Shown here one piece after another: positions 17,823-28,872 of a stretch of 64,000 nt of DNA (positions are counted from its first letter, which is position 1; every line of letters begins with the position of its first letter). The translations under genes were made by a program, and so were the position numbers. This stretch comes from Bernardetiaceae bacterium (GTDB lineage Bacteria > Bacteroidota > Bacteroidia > Cytophagales > Thermoflexibacteraceae). The notes under the pieces are model-generated. The model did no database searches and had not been told where the DNA came from. It saw nothing but the letters and a program-made list of their open reading frames with translations. Location: contig JANWWZ010000003.1 of the NCBI GenBank assembly GCA_025057115.1, forward strand, positions 241,025 through 305,024, in the 5' to 3' direction.

Positions 17823-18623
17823 TTAAAGCGATGCTTCTATTAGTTCGGCAAGGTCTTGGACTTTTACTTGTCCTTCGCAGTTTTTGTTCTTCACTCCATC
17901 GCTTAACATGGTCATGCAGAAGGGACAAGCAGAGGCTATAATTTCAGCTCCTGTGTTGAGAGCTTCTTCGGTTCTTTCTATGTTGATTTCCTTTTTGCCT
18001 TTTTCTGCTTCTTTAAACATTTGAGCTCCTCCTGCACCGCAGCATAGTCCTTTATTTCGACAGCGACGCATTTCTACCAACTCAGCGTCAAGGGCTTCGA
18101 GTACTTTGCGAGGAGCTTCGTAAATATCATTAGCCCGACCTAAGTAACAAGAATCGTGATAAGTGATTTTTTTTCCTTTGAAGGAGCCGCCTTCTTTCAA
18201 GCGGATTTTGCCTTCATCGATGAGTTGCTGCAGTAACTCAGAGTGATGCATTACTTGGTAATGCCCCCCTAAGGAAGGATATTCATTTTTCAAGGTATTA
18301 AAGCAGTGGGGGCAAGCAGTTACAATTTTTTTGATACCATAGCCGTTGAGTAACTGGATATTGCTCAATGCTTGCATCTGGAAGAGAAACTCATTTCCAG
18401 CGCGCTTGGCGGGGTCTCCCGTGCAAGTTTCTTCATTGCCTAGCACAGCAAAACTAATATTGACTTTATGGAGTATTTTGACCATCGCCCAAGTAACGCG
18501 CTTGTAGCGTTCGTCAAATGAGCCTGCACAACCTACCCAGAATAGAATTTCTGGCATTTTTCCTTGAGCAGCCAGCTCTGACATTACTGGTACTTGTAGT
18601 TTGTTACTTTCCATGTCAATCAA
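17823..18623 (-). CDS. (Fe-S)-binding protein with two cysteine-rich CCG domains (HdrD/GlpC-like)
   Basis: Motifs VGCAGSF...CTGDP...ACPHC and DSCYLGR...CCGAGG...ACPFC. The start is ambiguous (M1 at 18623 or M4 at 18614). It overlaps or abuts the folA stop. Confidence 0.75.
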   Translation of the reverse strand: MIDMESNKLQVPVMSELAAQGKMPEILFWVGCAGSFDERYKRVTWAMVKILHKVNISFAVLGNEETCTGDPAKRAGNEFLFQMQALSNIQLLNGYGIKKIVTACPHCFNTLKNEYPSLGGHYQVMHHSELLQQLIDEGKIRLKEGGSFKGKKITYHDSCYLGRANDIYEAPRKVLEALDAELVEMRRCRNKGLCCGAGGAQMFKEAEKGKKEINIERTEEALNTGAEIIASACPFCMTMLSDGVKNKNCEGQVKVQDLAELIEASL

Positions 18624-19110
18624 ATTGGCGCACTAAGGTAACAAAGGTATAAGGGTAGATGTTTTTTTCATCGGCGGGTCGCTCTTCTCGTTGAAGTTCT
18701 GTCCAATCTTCTCCCCAAGAAGGCATATAAACATCTCCCGGCGGAGAGGCATGGACTTGAGTCAAGTAGATGCGGTGAAGGTAGGGAAGAGCAAGGCGAA
18801 ATACTTCAGCCCCTCCGATGACAAAAAGCTCATTTTCCCCATTCCGCTGAGCTTCCATAATAGCATCTTCTATACCAGTAAACACTTTTGCTTTGGGCAA
18901 AACAAGAGTGCCATCTCGAGAAAGTACCAAGGAAATCCTTCCTGGCAGCGGCCTGCCGATGGAATGATAAGTTTTTCGCCCCATAAGTATATGATGCCCC
19001 ATCGTGAGCCTTTTAAAATGCTCCATATCAGCGGGCAAGTGCCAAGGCAATTTTCCTTGATTTCCTATTACGCCGTTATCTGCTACGGCAACAATTGCAG
19101 CAATGCGCAT
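18616..19110 (-). CDS. folA: Dihydrofolate reductase
   Basis: 164 aa. IAAIVAVADNGVIGNQGKLPWHLPADMEHFKRLTMGHHILMGRKTYHSIG is a classic DHFR N-terminus. Confidence 0.92.
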   Translation of the reverse strand: MRIAAIVAVADNGVIGNQGKLPWHLPADMEHFKRLTMGHHILMGRKTYHSIGRPLPGRISLVLSRDGTLVLPKAKVFTGIEDAIMEAQRNGENELFVIGGAEVFRLALPYLHRIYLTQVHASPPGDVYMPSWGEDWTELQREERPADEKNIYPYTFVTLVRQFD

Positions 19111-19196
19111 GTTTTATATTCAAATGGCACAAATTTACTTTGCCATGGAAATAACCCACGTCAAATTACTGGAACTTTGCCCCAAATAATAGCCAT

Positions 19197-19937
19197 ATGC
19201 AGCCTTCTGTATCACGCCAATGGTTTACTGATTGGTTTGACTCTCCCTACTATCACATTCTTTACAAGAACCGTGATGAGCAAGAAGCTAAATTCTTCAT
19301 TGACAAACTGATCCATTTTCTTCCAATCCTTCCAGAGGATAAAATTTTAGACCTTGCTTGCGGCAAAGGAAGACACTCCATTTACTTAAACCGACGCGGG
19401 TTTGATGTAATTGGCGTGGATTTATCAGAAAAAAACATCCGCTATGCGCAGCAGTTTGCCAATGACCGACTTAGTTTCTTTAGGCATGATAAGAGGCAAG
19501 TGTTTCGGCACAATTATTTTACAGTGCTATTAAATTTATTTACCAGCTTTGGCTATTTTGAAACTGAAAACGAAAATATCCAAACTTTGAAGGCGACAGC
19601 AGCCAACTTGAAAAGCCAAGGGCGCATGGTGCTTGATTTCATGAACACGCCTCGAGTAATTGAACAACTCCAACCTTTGGAATACAAAGAAGTAGAGGGT
19701 ATTTGCTTCGAAATTCGAAGGCAACTAAAAGGCAAGTTTCTCATCAAAGACATTAGGTTTACTGACAATCACAAACAATTTCATTTTCAAGAGCGCCTAA
19801 TGGTCATTAACCAAGCTGATTTTATGCGCTACTTTAGAGCTGCCAAGTTGCAACTGGTGCATTTGCTGGGCGACTATTCCCTCAATGCCTATACTCCAAC
19901 CAGTGAACGAATGATTTTTATCCTCAAAAAGCTCTAG
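19197..19937 (+). CDS. Class I SAM-dependent methyltransferase
   Basis: SAM-binding motif I, ILDLACGKGRHSIYL. Confidence 0.75.
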   Translation: MQPSVSRQWFTDWFDSPYYHILYKNRDEQEAKFFIDKLIHFLPILPEDKILDLACGKGRHSIYLNRRGFDVIGVDLSEKNIRYAQQFANDRLSFFRHDKRQVFRHNYFTVLLNLFTSFGYFETENENIQTLKATAANLKSQGRMVLDFMNTPRVIEQLQPLEYKEVEGICFEIRRQLKGKFLIKDIRFTDNHKQFHFQERLMVINQADFMRYFRAAKLQLVHLLGDYSLNAYTPTSERMIFILKKL

Positions 19938-20030
19938 TTGCCATGTAAACCCAGTTCAATGCTCAAAAACAGAGGTAAGCACAAAGAGACAATTTTTTTG
20001 CTCTTTGACTTACCTCTTTTTCTGTATGGC

Positions 20031-22568
20031 TCAAGGCACTACTATTGGCTTGGTAAGACAATGACCCTCTATTTCAAGAGTAACTAAATAAATACCTGCG
20101 GAAAGGTGCTTTATATCCACTTCGTGCAGGAGCTGGAGCGCGTTCATGGAAAGGGTTTCAGTGGTAATTTCTCTGCCCAGCAAATCAGTAATAATAATGC
20201 GCACTTTATCGGCTCGTTTAAGCAGTTTGCCGCGAATCATTATTTTTCCATCAACTGCTGGATTGGGATATAGGCGAACATCTTCACGGCTTGCTAAGTA
20301 GCCTTCTATTCCCAATGCATCGGATTGAATTTGAAGATTATCTATTGCCCAGCCCCAGCCGTGCACGGACTCATCAGCAAACAATCGGAAGCGGAATACT
20401 ACTTCGTCGCCAGGTTGGAAGGTATTCAACAGGTTAATAGTGCGGGGGCGGAACAAAGAAGGCGTTCCCACTGTGGTTGAATTGGGATTATTGGCGGAAA
20501 TGCCCCTATTAAAGGCATTGAGCCAAGCTGGATGTTCGCGGGAGTCATATCCGTCCAAAAGCCGCTGCCATGTTTTTCCACCATCTTTAGAGCCTTCTAC
20601 TATAACGTAGTCCCAAAAAGTGATCTGTCCAAATACCGAGCCAGGCTCGCCAGGTTCTACCAGTACAATTTCATCAAATCGCATGGTAGCATTTTGCTGG
20701 CGTATGCGAATAGGAAAGCGCATTTGGTAGATATAGTCGCTTTCGTTATTAATTCCTGTGCCATCTTTATAGGGATGGTCAGAGTGAATGGCTCCGTTTT
20801 CAAAGCCGCTGGGAGTTTCTATTCTAAAATCCGTTCCAATAAAATCCTCTCCTCCTCCTGTGTTAAAATTATTGGCATAGCTATCGCGCACTGGTTGAAG
20901 TCCTTCGGCGCGTACTTGATAAAATCCATTTGCAGGACTCTGTGACTGATTGCGCCGACTGCTTACATCGCGGGCAATAATGCGGTAACTCAACACAGTA
21001 CCTTCTGTAATGCGTCCTGGTGAAAAGCGCAACAAGGCAGCAAAGTTATTAGGTTGGACTTGTATCATTCCCGCACTAGCAAGGGGTTCATTGTTTAGCC
21101 TATACTCTAGGTATGCCGTATCAATCCCTAACCGATCTGTGATGTTAGCAGCAATGATGAGCTCGGTAGTATTAACCTGTAAAAAAGCAGGAGGGGTATG
21201 AGTAATTACAGGAGGCTCGTTATCTGCAGCTACGATGAAGGAATAGGTAATGCGCGGTGCTACTCCCGCAGGCCACAAAATGCGCACATTTTGGCGAATA
21301 TGTTCAGCTACTAAGTAATAGTTAATGGTGGCTTCCCTGTTAGGAGGTGGAATTTGCCCTTCATAGAGATTGCCAGACAGGCGGCGCATTTCTACGCTTT
21401 GTTGTGTAGCAAAGCGGTCTAGGGAATAAATGATGTAAAGGCGATAATCATTATAGTCGATAGTAGTATCGCTGACTAAATTTGCTCGCAGGGTATAAGG
21501 TCGGTCAGTAACATCCGTATTAGGATGAGGGGTATGTAACAAACGCGTATTGCGCCAGCCCAGTTGGTCAAAAATGGCTAAAGCAACAGGACCTGGATTG
21601 TGAATTGCTTCACCATTGCCGATAGCTGAAATCATCAGTTGGTTAGAGGTGCCGTCATAAGTGCGGTCGTCTAGATGGGAAATGCTAGAGCCTGGCTGCC
21701 ATGGAGAAGGAGCGTAAAGAGGAGCTGGCACTCCTAAGTTAGCGCGGCGCACTTGCGGACCTTGAAATACCACATCGCCACTGGTAAGCTCTCTACCCAA
21801 TGCAGTAGAATTATTGCGGAAAATGGTCGTATCAATAAGCGATTCGCCGCGAGAATTCTCTACAAATGTGTCATAGATAAATGGAAAGCCACTATCACCC
21901 CAACGACCAAGATTGCGCCCCGATTCAAATTGAAAGCTGGAAACAAACCCTAATCCATGAGCAATTTCGTGCAGTACTACGCTGGTTAAATCCCATTTGT
22001 CGCGCGGAGGATTGGCATCGGTGCCAAAATACCAATTATTGTTATTGCTGTTGAAATTGGCAACAATGTCGGGTTCTTGTCCGTTGAGGTCCACTCCTAA
22101 CAGTTTTTCAGCAAGCGCTACGGGGTACCAAACTGGAAAGCGCGGCAACAAGGGCGAGCGGAAAAAGCCATTGCTGGTAGCACTGCCCAGTACATTAGGA
22201 CGAGAATTAGGCGCCCATACCGCCCTAATGCGGATCGGAATGGGAGAAGTAAGCAAAGAAGACCATATGTCTATCGCCTTTTGAAAGGCTGCTTGCGCTT
22301 CAGGAGTAAATCCCTCGTATTGAACGATGAAACGCGCTGTTTCTGTTTCTTCGGTCCTGCCTTTGCGGCGTGCCTCCGCCCATTTCAGATATGCTTCTGG
22401 AGGAGGAATGTTTTTGCGAATATGGTTAGTAGTTGCCGGACATACTATCGGCATAAAGCCTTTTCGATACTCTATTTGCAACTGACGCCATAGAGAAGGT
22501 TGCTGCGCCTGTACAACTCCTATTAACCCAATAGCCGAGCAACTGGCTACAAAATATCTTCCTAGCAT
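20031..22568 (-). CDS. Secreted HExxH zinc metalloprotease-like protein with T9SS C-terminal sorting domain
   Basis: Start moved to MLGRYFVASCSAIGLIGVVQAQ (signal peptide). Zinc motif VLHEIAHGLGF. The C-terminus VRLYPNPAVDGKIMI...ITDLLGREI...LSAGIYLVTLE is a T9SS CTD. Confidence 0.8.
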   Translation of the reverse strand: MLGRYFVASCSAIGLIGVVQAQQPSLWRQLQIEYRKGFMPIVCPATTNHIRKNIPPPEAYLKWAEARRKGRTEETETARFIVQYEGFTPEAQAAFQKAIDIWSSLLTSPIPIRIRAVWAPNSRPNVLGSATSNGFFRSPLLPRFPVWYPVALAEKLLGVDLNGQEPDIVANFNSNNNNWYFGTDANPPRDKWDLTSVVLHEIAHGLGFVSSFQFESGRNLGRWGDSGFPFIYDTFVENSRGESLIDTTIFRNNSTALGRELTSGDVVFQGPQVRRANLGVPAPLYAPSPWQPGSSISHLDDRTYDGTSNQLMISAIGNGEAIHNPGPVALAIFDQLGWRNTRLLHTPHPNTDVTDRPYTLRANLVSDTTIDYNDYRLYIIYSLDRFATQQSVEMRRLSGNLYEGQIPPPNREATINYYLVAEHIRQNVRILWPAGVAPRITYSFIVAADNEPPVITHTPPAFLQVNTTELIIAANITDRLGIDTAYLEYRLNNEPLASAGMIQVQPNNFAALLRFSPGRITEGTVLSYRIIARDVSSRRNQSQSPANGFYQVRAEGLQPVRDSYANNFNTGGGEDFIGTDFRIETPSGFENGAIHSDHPYKDGTGINNESDYIYQMRFPIRIRQQNATMRFDEIVLVEPGEPGSVFGQITFWDYVIVEGSKDGGKTWQRLLDGYDSREHPAWLNAFNRGISANNPNSTTVGTPSLFRPRTINLLNTFQPGDEVVFRFRLFADESVHGWGWAIDNLQIQSDALGIEGYLASREDVRLYPNPAVDGKIMIRGKLLKRADKVRIIITDLLGREITTETLSMNALQLLHEVDIKHLSAGIYLVTLEIEGHCLTKPIVVP

Positions 22569-22692
22569 GGGTGGTACTAAATTAATCCAGGTGTAATATA
22601 CCAAATTTTTAGGCAATGCAATTGAGCAAAAGCCCTTGCTAGTAACAAACATTCACTTAAATTGTCAGTTGTACACGGTGAGGATAAAGTGC

Positions 22693-23550
22693 ATGGAAAG
22701 AATCAGCATAGTAACTGGTGCAAACTCGGGTATTGGCAAGGTAACTGCGCGCCAACTTGCTGGCCGCGGAGATCGAGTAATTCTCATGTGCCGCAACATG
22801 GCAAAAGCTCAAGCAGCAAAGCAAGAAATCATCCAACGTTCTGGGAATGAAAAAGTAGAAATTATCCAAGTGGATTTTGCTTCTCAAAGACAAATCCGAG
22901 CTGCCGCAGCCCAGTTCTTACAGCAGTACGACCGCCTAGATGTATTGGTAAACAATGCAGGCTTGCTTGCCTCTGACAAGCGACAAGTTACCGAGGATGG
23001 TATTGAACTTACTTTTGCAGTCAATCACTTAGGTTACTTCATGCTCACGGGGTTACTGATGCCAGCAATAGAAAAAGCGGCTGCTCAAACAGGAGATGCA
23101 AGAATAGTATGCGTTGCCTCAGAAGCCCATCGTTATGCTCCCTTTAGCCTGGATAATTTACAAATGGAGCGCGGTTACAGTGGCATTAAGGCTTACTGCA
23201 TTTCTAAGTTGTGCAACATTATTTTCACTGCAGAGCTTGCCCGACGCACGAGGGGAAAAAATATCTTTGCCAACTCTCTTCATCCAGGAGCTGTTAATAC
23301 AGGATTTGCTGGCAATACTCCAGGTTGGTTTGCTTGGTTATTTAGGCTTTCCAAGCCCTTTCTTTTAAGTGAGGAAGAAGGTGCCGAAACGTCAATTTAT
23401 TTAGCTACCTCGCCTGAAGTGCGCGGCATTAGTGGGGGGTATTTTTACAAAAAGCGAATGCGTCGCCACTTAATTCCTACTGCCACCGATCCAGAAATTG
23501 CCCGCCGATTGTGGGAAATAAGTCAATCCTTGACTGGGGTGTATTACTGA
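22693..23550 (+). CDS. Short-chain dehydrogenase/reductase (SDR)
   Basis: Start at MERISIVTGANSGIGK (TGxxxGIG cofactor motif). NNAG motif and catalytic YxxxK (YCISK). Confidence 0.85.
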   Translation: MERISIVTGANSGIGKVTARQLAGRGDRVILMCRNMAKAQAAKQEIIQRSGNEKVEIIQVDFASQRQIRAAAAQFLQQYDRLDVLVNNAGLLASDKRQVTEDGIELTFAVNHLGYFMLTGLLMPAIEKAAAQTGDARIVCVASEAHRYAPFSLDNLQMERGYSGIKAYCISKLCNIIFTAELARRTRGKNIFANSLHPGAVNTGFAGNTPGWFAWLFRLSKPFLLSEEEGAETSIYLATSPEVRGISGGYFYKKRMRRHLIPTATDPEIARRLWEISQSLTGVYY

Positions 23551-23873
23551 TGCAGTTTTTCATTTTGTTGGTGGCGTGCAGCATCGCGATGGGTTTTCTT
23601 TTCCATGCGTTTTTGAAATGCCTCCGTTAGGTTGACACCCGTTTGATTGGCAAGGCAAACCAAGACAAATAACACGTCAGCGAGTTCTTCTCCCAAGTCA
23701 GCATTTTTATCCGATTCCTTAAAAGATTGCTCACCGTAGCGCCGTGCCATAATACGCGCTACTTCGCCTACTTCCTCCATTAAAATAGCAGTATTAGTCA
23801 GTTCGCTAAAGTAGCGCACTCCTACGCTCCGAATCCACTGATCCACTATTTCTTGCACTGCTTGTAAGGTCAT
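23544..23873 (-). CDS. MazG-like nucleotide pyrophosphohydrolase
   Basis: 109 aa. EEVGEVARIM...ELADVLFVLVCLAN is a typical MazG/YpjD helix pair. Confidence 0.75.
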   Translation of the reverse strand: MTLQAVQEIVDQWIRSVGVRYFSELTNTAILMEEVGEVARIMARRYGEQSFKESDKNADLGEELADVLFVLVCLANQTGVNLTEAFQKRMEKKTHRDAARHQQNEKLHQ

Positions 23874-23876
23874 GGG

Positions 23877-24329
23877 TTATTTTTTGTTTTTTGTGTCGAT
23901 GATAATAGTAACGGGTCCGTCGTTGAGCAAACGGACTTTCATATCAGCGCCGAAAATGCCCGTTTGGATAGGCTTGCCCAGCAATTGCTCTAAGCGGGTT
24001 GCCATTGCTTGATAAAGCGGAATGGCTACCGCCGGCGGTGCGGCTTCTGTAAACGAGGGACGGTTGCCTTTTTTTGTGCTAGCATGCAAAGTAAATTGAC
24101 TTATCAGCAGTATATTTCCATTCACATCAGCTAAGGAGCGATTCATTTTGCCTTCTTGGTCATTAAAAATGCGCAAGTTGGCAATTTTTCCAGCCAGCCA
24201 TTCTACATCTTCCATTCCGTCTTGGTGAGTAATACCCAGCAACACCACAAATCCCGTCTCAATTTGCCCATGCACATGTCCTTGAATTGTTACTGAGGCT
24301 TCTGTAACGCGTTGGATAACGGCAATCAT
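23877..24329 (-). CDS. dtd: D-aminoacyl-tRNA deacylase
   Basis: 150 aa. MIAVIQRV...SQFTL...G.RPSF motif set. Confidence 0.9.
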   Translation of the reverse strand: MIAVIQRVTEASVTIQGHVHGQIETGFVVLLGITHQDGMEDVEWLAGKIANLRIFNDQEGKMNRSLADVNGNILLISQFTLHASTKKGNRPSFTEAAPPAVAIPLYQAMATRLEQLLGKPIQTGIFGADMKVRLLNDGPVTIIIDTKNKK

Positions 24330-24338
24330 AATAGAGAG

Positions 24339-25178
24339 CTAAAAATTATCGTAGTGCTCTTTGATAATGCGCGGAGCGGTCTCGCGCAAAATTTCCCACT
24401 CGTAATTGAGAGTGGCAATAGCGTGATGGTCTGTAAGATCAAACAAACAGGGCACAACGGATACGTAATTATTTGCAATAGCCCATTCATCAGTATCTTC
24501 CCCTTTGTCAGAATTTTCAAAGCTACCTGCTAGCCAAAGGTATTTTCTTCCGTAGGGATCGGTGCGTTCGTCGAATTCTTCTTTCCAGCGAGCTCTTGCT
24601 TGCCGACAAATTTTAATACCTTTGATGGGCTCTTGCTGTCGGCGAGGAAAGTTGACGTTCAGAGCAGTTCCCTTGGGTAAGCCTGTTTTTAGTACTTGTT
24701 GTGCAATAGCAGAGACATAAGGAATGATGTGGCTAAAATCGGCATCTTTTTCATAGTCGCATAAGGAAAACCCAATAGCAGGCATGCCTTCTATAGCTCC
24801 TTCAATAGCAGCCGACATGGTGCCTGAATACAAAACACTAATAGAAGTATTGCTGCCGTGATTAATGCCGCTGGCTACCAAATCAGGGACGCGGTTTTTA
24901 AGTACATAGTACTTGGCTAATTTGATGCAGTCGGCGGGTGTACCAGAACTTTCATAGGCTTCTACCCCTAAGTCGTTAAATATAGAAGAACGATGAATTT
25001 TCAAGGGCGAGTGGATAGTAATAGCATGCCCCATACCCGATTGAGGAGTATTAGGAGCAACCACCAACACTTCCCCTAGTGAACACATGGTTTCTACCAG
25101 TACGCGCAGTCCCTTTGCCGTAATGCCATCGTCGTTAGAAATCAGTATCAGTGGTTTTTTGGTATTGTTGTTATTCAT
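24339..25178 (-). CDS. surE: 5'/3'-nucleotidase SurE
   Basis: Start moved to MNNNNTKKPLILISNDDGI (SurE N-terminal DDG motif). GINHGSN motif present. Confidence 0.9.
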   Translation of the reverse strand: MNNNNTKKPLILISNDDGITAKGLRVLVETMCSLGEVLVVAPNTPQSGMGHAITIHSPLKIHRSSIFNDLGVEAYESSGTPADCIKLAKYYVLKNRVPDLVASGINHGSNTSISVLYSGTMSAAIEGAIEGMPAIGFSLCDYEKDADFSHIIPYVSAIAQQVLKTGLPKGTALNVNFPRRQQEPIKGIKICRQARARWKEEFDERTDPYGRKYLWLAGSFENSDKGEDTDEWAIANNYVSVVPCLFDLTDHHAIATLNYEWEILRETAPRIIKEHYDNF

Positions 25179-26425
25179 GCAGTTGAGGTTGGAATAAATG
25201 AACTTTTGCGCAAATCGCCAACAAATAGCACGCTTAAAATCAAAACTAAGCAAAGTGGAAGGATAGTTCCACCCAATAGAATAGCTGGCGTAAATTGGTC
25301 AGTAACAAAATGGAAAATAAAATTGCTTGCCATGCTGCCTCCTAATACTCCAAAAGTTGCTAGCCCTATCAAAAAATTCCTTTTTTCGTTGTGGGTGTGG
25401 AAAATAGCCAATCCAGTGAGAATAGGGCTAATGCTGCTACTGACAAATATCATCAGTAAGGCAAGCAAAATAAACACTGGCAGCTCTGCCATGGTGTCAA
25501 TAGACTGTTGCGGCTGATAATCAAAAGCAGCACTAGTGAGGAATAACACAGCGATGATATTAAGTAGCAATCCTCCTATTAACAGATAGCGAATCCTCAC
25601 ATAATGCACCAGAGCAGCATTGATCATCAAGCCAATGATGGAACATATGAATTGGGTAAGATTGAACTCCCACCTCAGTTGATCGCTTAGCTGCAAAAAT
25701 TTGCTGGTGTAATCAACAGTCCAAGCATACATCCAACCTATGATGGCACCTATTAAAAAGACGCAACTGAAAAGCAGTATAATCATAGAATGCCTCAATA
25801 TGCCAATTGTTTTGAGGGGGGAGAGCAATATTTGTCCTAAACTTGCTGGGGTTCCATTGCAATAAGCGAATTGAAAGGCATTTTTTCGAAGTTGAGTTAA
25901 CAAGCCCAGAATCAAAAAAATAGTACTTATCATCCAGTACATGTGCTTGAGTTCCAAAAAGGGCGCGGTAATGGCAATACTAGAGAGTACAGTAATAACA
26001 GCTACTCCTGCCAAGTAAGCGGCTTCAAGGTGGCAAGTGTCGGTAATGGTGCTTCTTTCATAGTCATTCTGTAACACTAGTTCGTTGAGAAAACCAACGC
26101 GCATTAAGCCGAGAGCAATAGCGCTGCAAAGGTAAAATATCCACAAAGTCAATTCATTGAGCACTATGCCAGTAACTAATGAAAGGGCACTTAGTATGAA
26201 CAAACTTCCTAAAAGCAATCGCCGCATAGGCATCAACAACGCAACTACTGAAGCAAATAAGTTGCTTAACAAGACAACTAAGTAGGCAATCAAGGGAAGG
26301 ACTCGTATTTTTTCAGAATTCAGATCGTATTGGTAAGCAGCTAGTGCTACAAAATTGACCGAAAAAACCGCCATGGCGGTGCTACCATAGCCGAAATAGA
26401 GGATATTCTTACTTCTCTCTTCCAT
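25175..26425 (-). CDS. Multi-pass membrane transporter (MFS-like, about 12 TM)
   Basis: Hydrophobic throughout with about 12 predicted helices. ATG 26425 (MEERSKN...) is preferred over TTG 26434. Its stop overlaps the surE start by 4 nt. Confidence 0.6.
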   Translation of the reverse strand: MEERSKNILYFGYGSTAMAVFSVNFVALAAYQYDLNSEKIRVLPLIAYLVVLLSNLFASVVALLMPMRRLLLGSLFILSALSLVTGIVLNELTLWIFYLCSAIALGLMRVGFLNELVLQNDYERSTITDTCHLEAAYLAGVAVITVLSSIAITAPFLELKHMYWMISTIFLILGLLTQLRKNAFQFAYCNGTPASLGQILLSPLKTIGILRHSMIILLFSCVFLIGAIIGWMYAWTVDYTSKFLQLSDQLRWEFNLTQFICSIIGLMINAALVHYVRIRYLLIGGLLLNIIAVLFLTSAAFDYQPQQSIDTMAELPVFILLALLMIFVSSSISPILTGLAIFHTHNEKRNFLIGLATFGVLGGSMASNFIFHFVTDQFTPAILLGGTILPLCLVLILSVLFVGDLRKSSFIPTSTA

Positions 26426-26498
26426 AATGTCCAAGCAAAGGTATGACTTTCTTGAGAAACTCTTGCTTATTTTGGCAAGTCAAATCGGCGTATTGCGT

Positions 26499-27023
26499 AT
26501 GCTTCCCTCGAGAATTTACTTAATAGGCATGCCAGGGGCAGGTAAAACCACCTTAGGCAGATCATTAGCTCTAAAAATTAACTATCATTTTGTGGATTTA
26601 GACCAACTCATTCAAGCGCGGGAAAACATGACTATTGCTGATATGTTTGCCTGTAAAGGAGAGGCATTTTTTCGGCAAAAAGAACGGGAGGCATTGCATG
26701 AAACTTTTAAGTTATCTAAATGTGTAGTAGCCACAGGAGGAGGTACGCCGTGCTTTTTTGACAACATGGAGCAAATTAACTCCTATGGAGTGTCGGTATT
26801 CATTCAAGTTCCGCTATCTGTTATTGCCAGCAGAGTTGAACAAGAAAAACAACAACGCCCTTTGCTAGCTACTCAAAGCGCAGAGGCAACCTTAGAAAAA
26901 CTTCAACAGCTTTACAGTCAGCGGCTCTCCTGCTACAACCAAGCCAAAATAACCGTTAGCGGAGATCACTTGACTGCCGATTTGCTCTATAACCATCTTT
27001 GGAAAGCATTTCAGCTACCATGA
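26499..27023 (+). CDS. aroK: Shikimate kinase
   Basis: Start moved to MLPSRIYLIGMPGAGKTTLGRSLA (Walker A). About 175 aa, as expected for AroK. Confidence 0.88.
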   Translation: MLPSRIYLIGMPGAGKTTLGRSLALKINYHFVDLDQLIQARENMTIADMFACKGEAFFRQKEREALHETFKLSKCVVATGGGTPCFFDNMEQINSYGVSVFIQVPLSVIASRVEQEKQQRPLLATQSAEATLEKLQQLYSQRLSCYNQAKITVSGDHLTADLLYNHLWKAFQLP

Positions 27024-27112
27024 GTTATTTGTCAAAAAAAAGTGATGGCTTATTTGGAATTTTCAGAAGTTATCTCTTTCTTTGCATACACAGTCAATTG
27101 CAAGGGCAATTG

Positions 27113-27212
27113 ATTTATAAAGAAAGGGGGAGAGAACAGGCTCTGTGAACCCTTAGCAACCTGAAGGCAATTTCAAGGTGCTAATTCCTGACCCGAAAAG
27201 GGAAATATAAAT
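27113..27212 (+). promoter_or_regulatory. SAM-I (S-box) riboswitch aptamer
   Basis: P1 arms AUUUAUA (27113-27119) and UAUAAAU (27206-27212). Core ...GGGGGAGAGAACAGGCUCUGUGAACCCUUAGCAACC...GGUGCUAAUUCCUGACC... matches the SAM-I conserved blocks (GAGGGA/GGCCC/UGAA/GCAACC/GGUGCUAAUUCC). It lies upstream of metY-metX. Confidence 0.8.
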
Positions 27213-27223
27213 TAATTGCTGTT

Positions 27224-27352
27224 ATGAACACGTACTTATCATTCTCACCTAAGTCCTCAAACGCATCTCTTACTTGGACTCATCTCCGGAAACTAGCCTC
27301 TTTGCTTCATACCAACAGCAAAGTCATGTGTTGTTGTTGCTGTGGTTGTTAA
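27224..27352 (+). other. Candidate leader mini-ORF ending in a cysteine-codon run (…KVMCCCCCGC*)
   Basis: ATG 27224, TAA 27350-27352, 42 codons. An internal ATG at 27326 gives MCCCCCGC. It starts 12 nt after the riboswitch P1 and ends 134 nt before the metY ATG. Translation is unproven. Confidence 0.3.
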
Positions 27353-27471
27353 GCCCTCTGGTGGCTTGAGAAATCCAACCTTTTCTTGTTTTGCCCTCGG
27401 GAAGAGGTGCCGCAAGCACGTATATAATCACATAGCTATTTAACCATCCAGTAAAACTACAATTACCTTAA

Positions 27472-28812
<1,341 letters not shown>

Positions 28813-28872
28813 AATTGAGAACTGGGCGCGGGTATCTCTCTCGATACTGCGCCCTTTATTACAAATGCGTGT

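Noticed and set aside
18691-19311. 206-aa plus-strand ORF
   Set aside because: It lies antisense to folA across its whole length and runs into the methyltransferase gene start. It has no recognisable motif, while folA is unambiguous.
22569-22692. Apparent head-to-head overlap of the metalloprotease and SDR ORFs as given in the track
   Set aside because: Both are N-terminal over-extensions. Internal ATGs (22568 and 22693) give a signal peptide and the TGxxxGIG motif respectively, and they remove the overlap.
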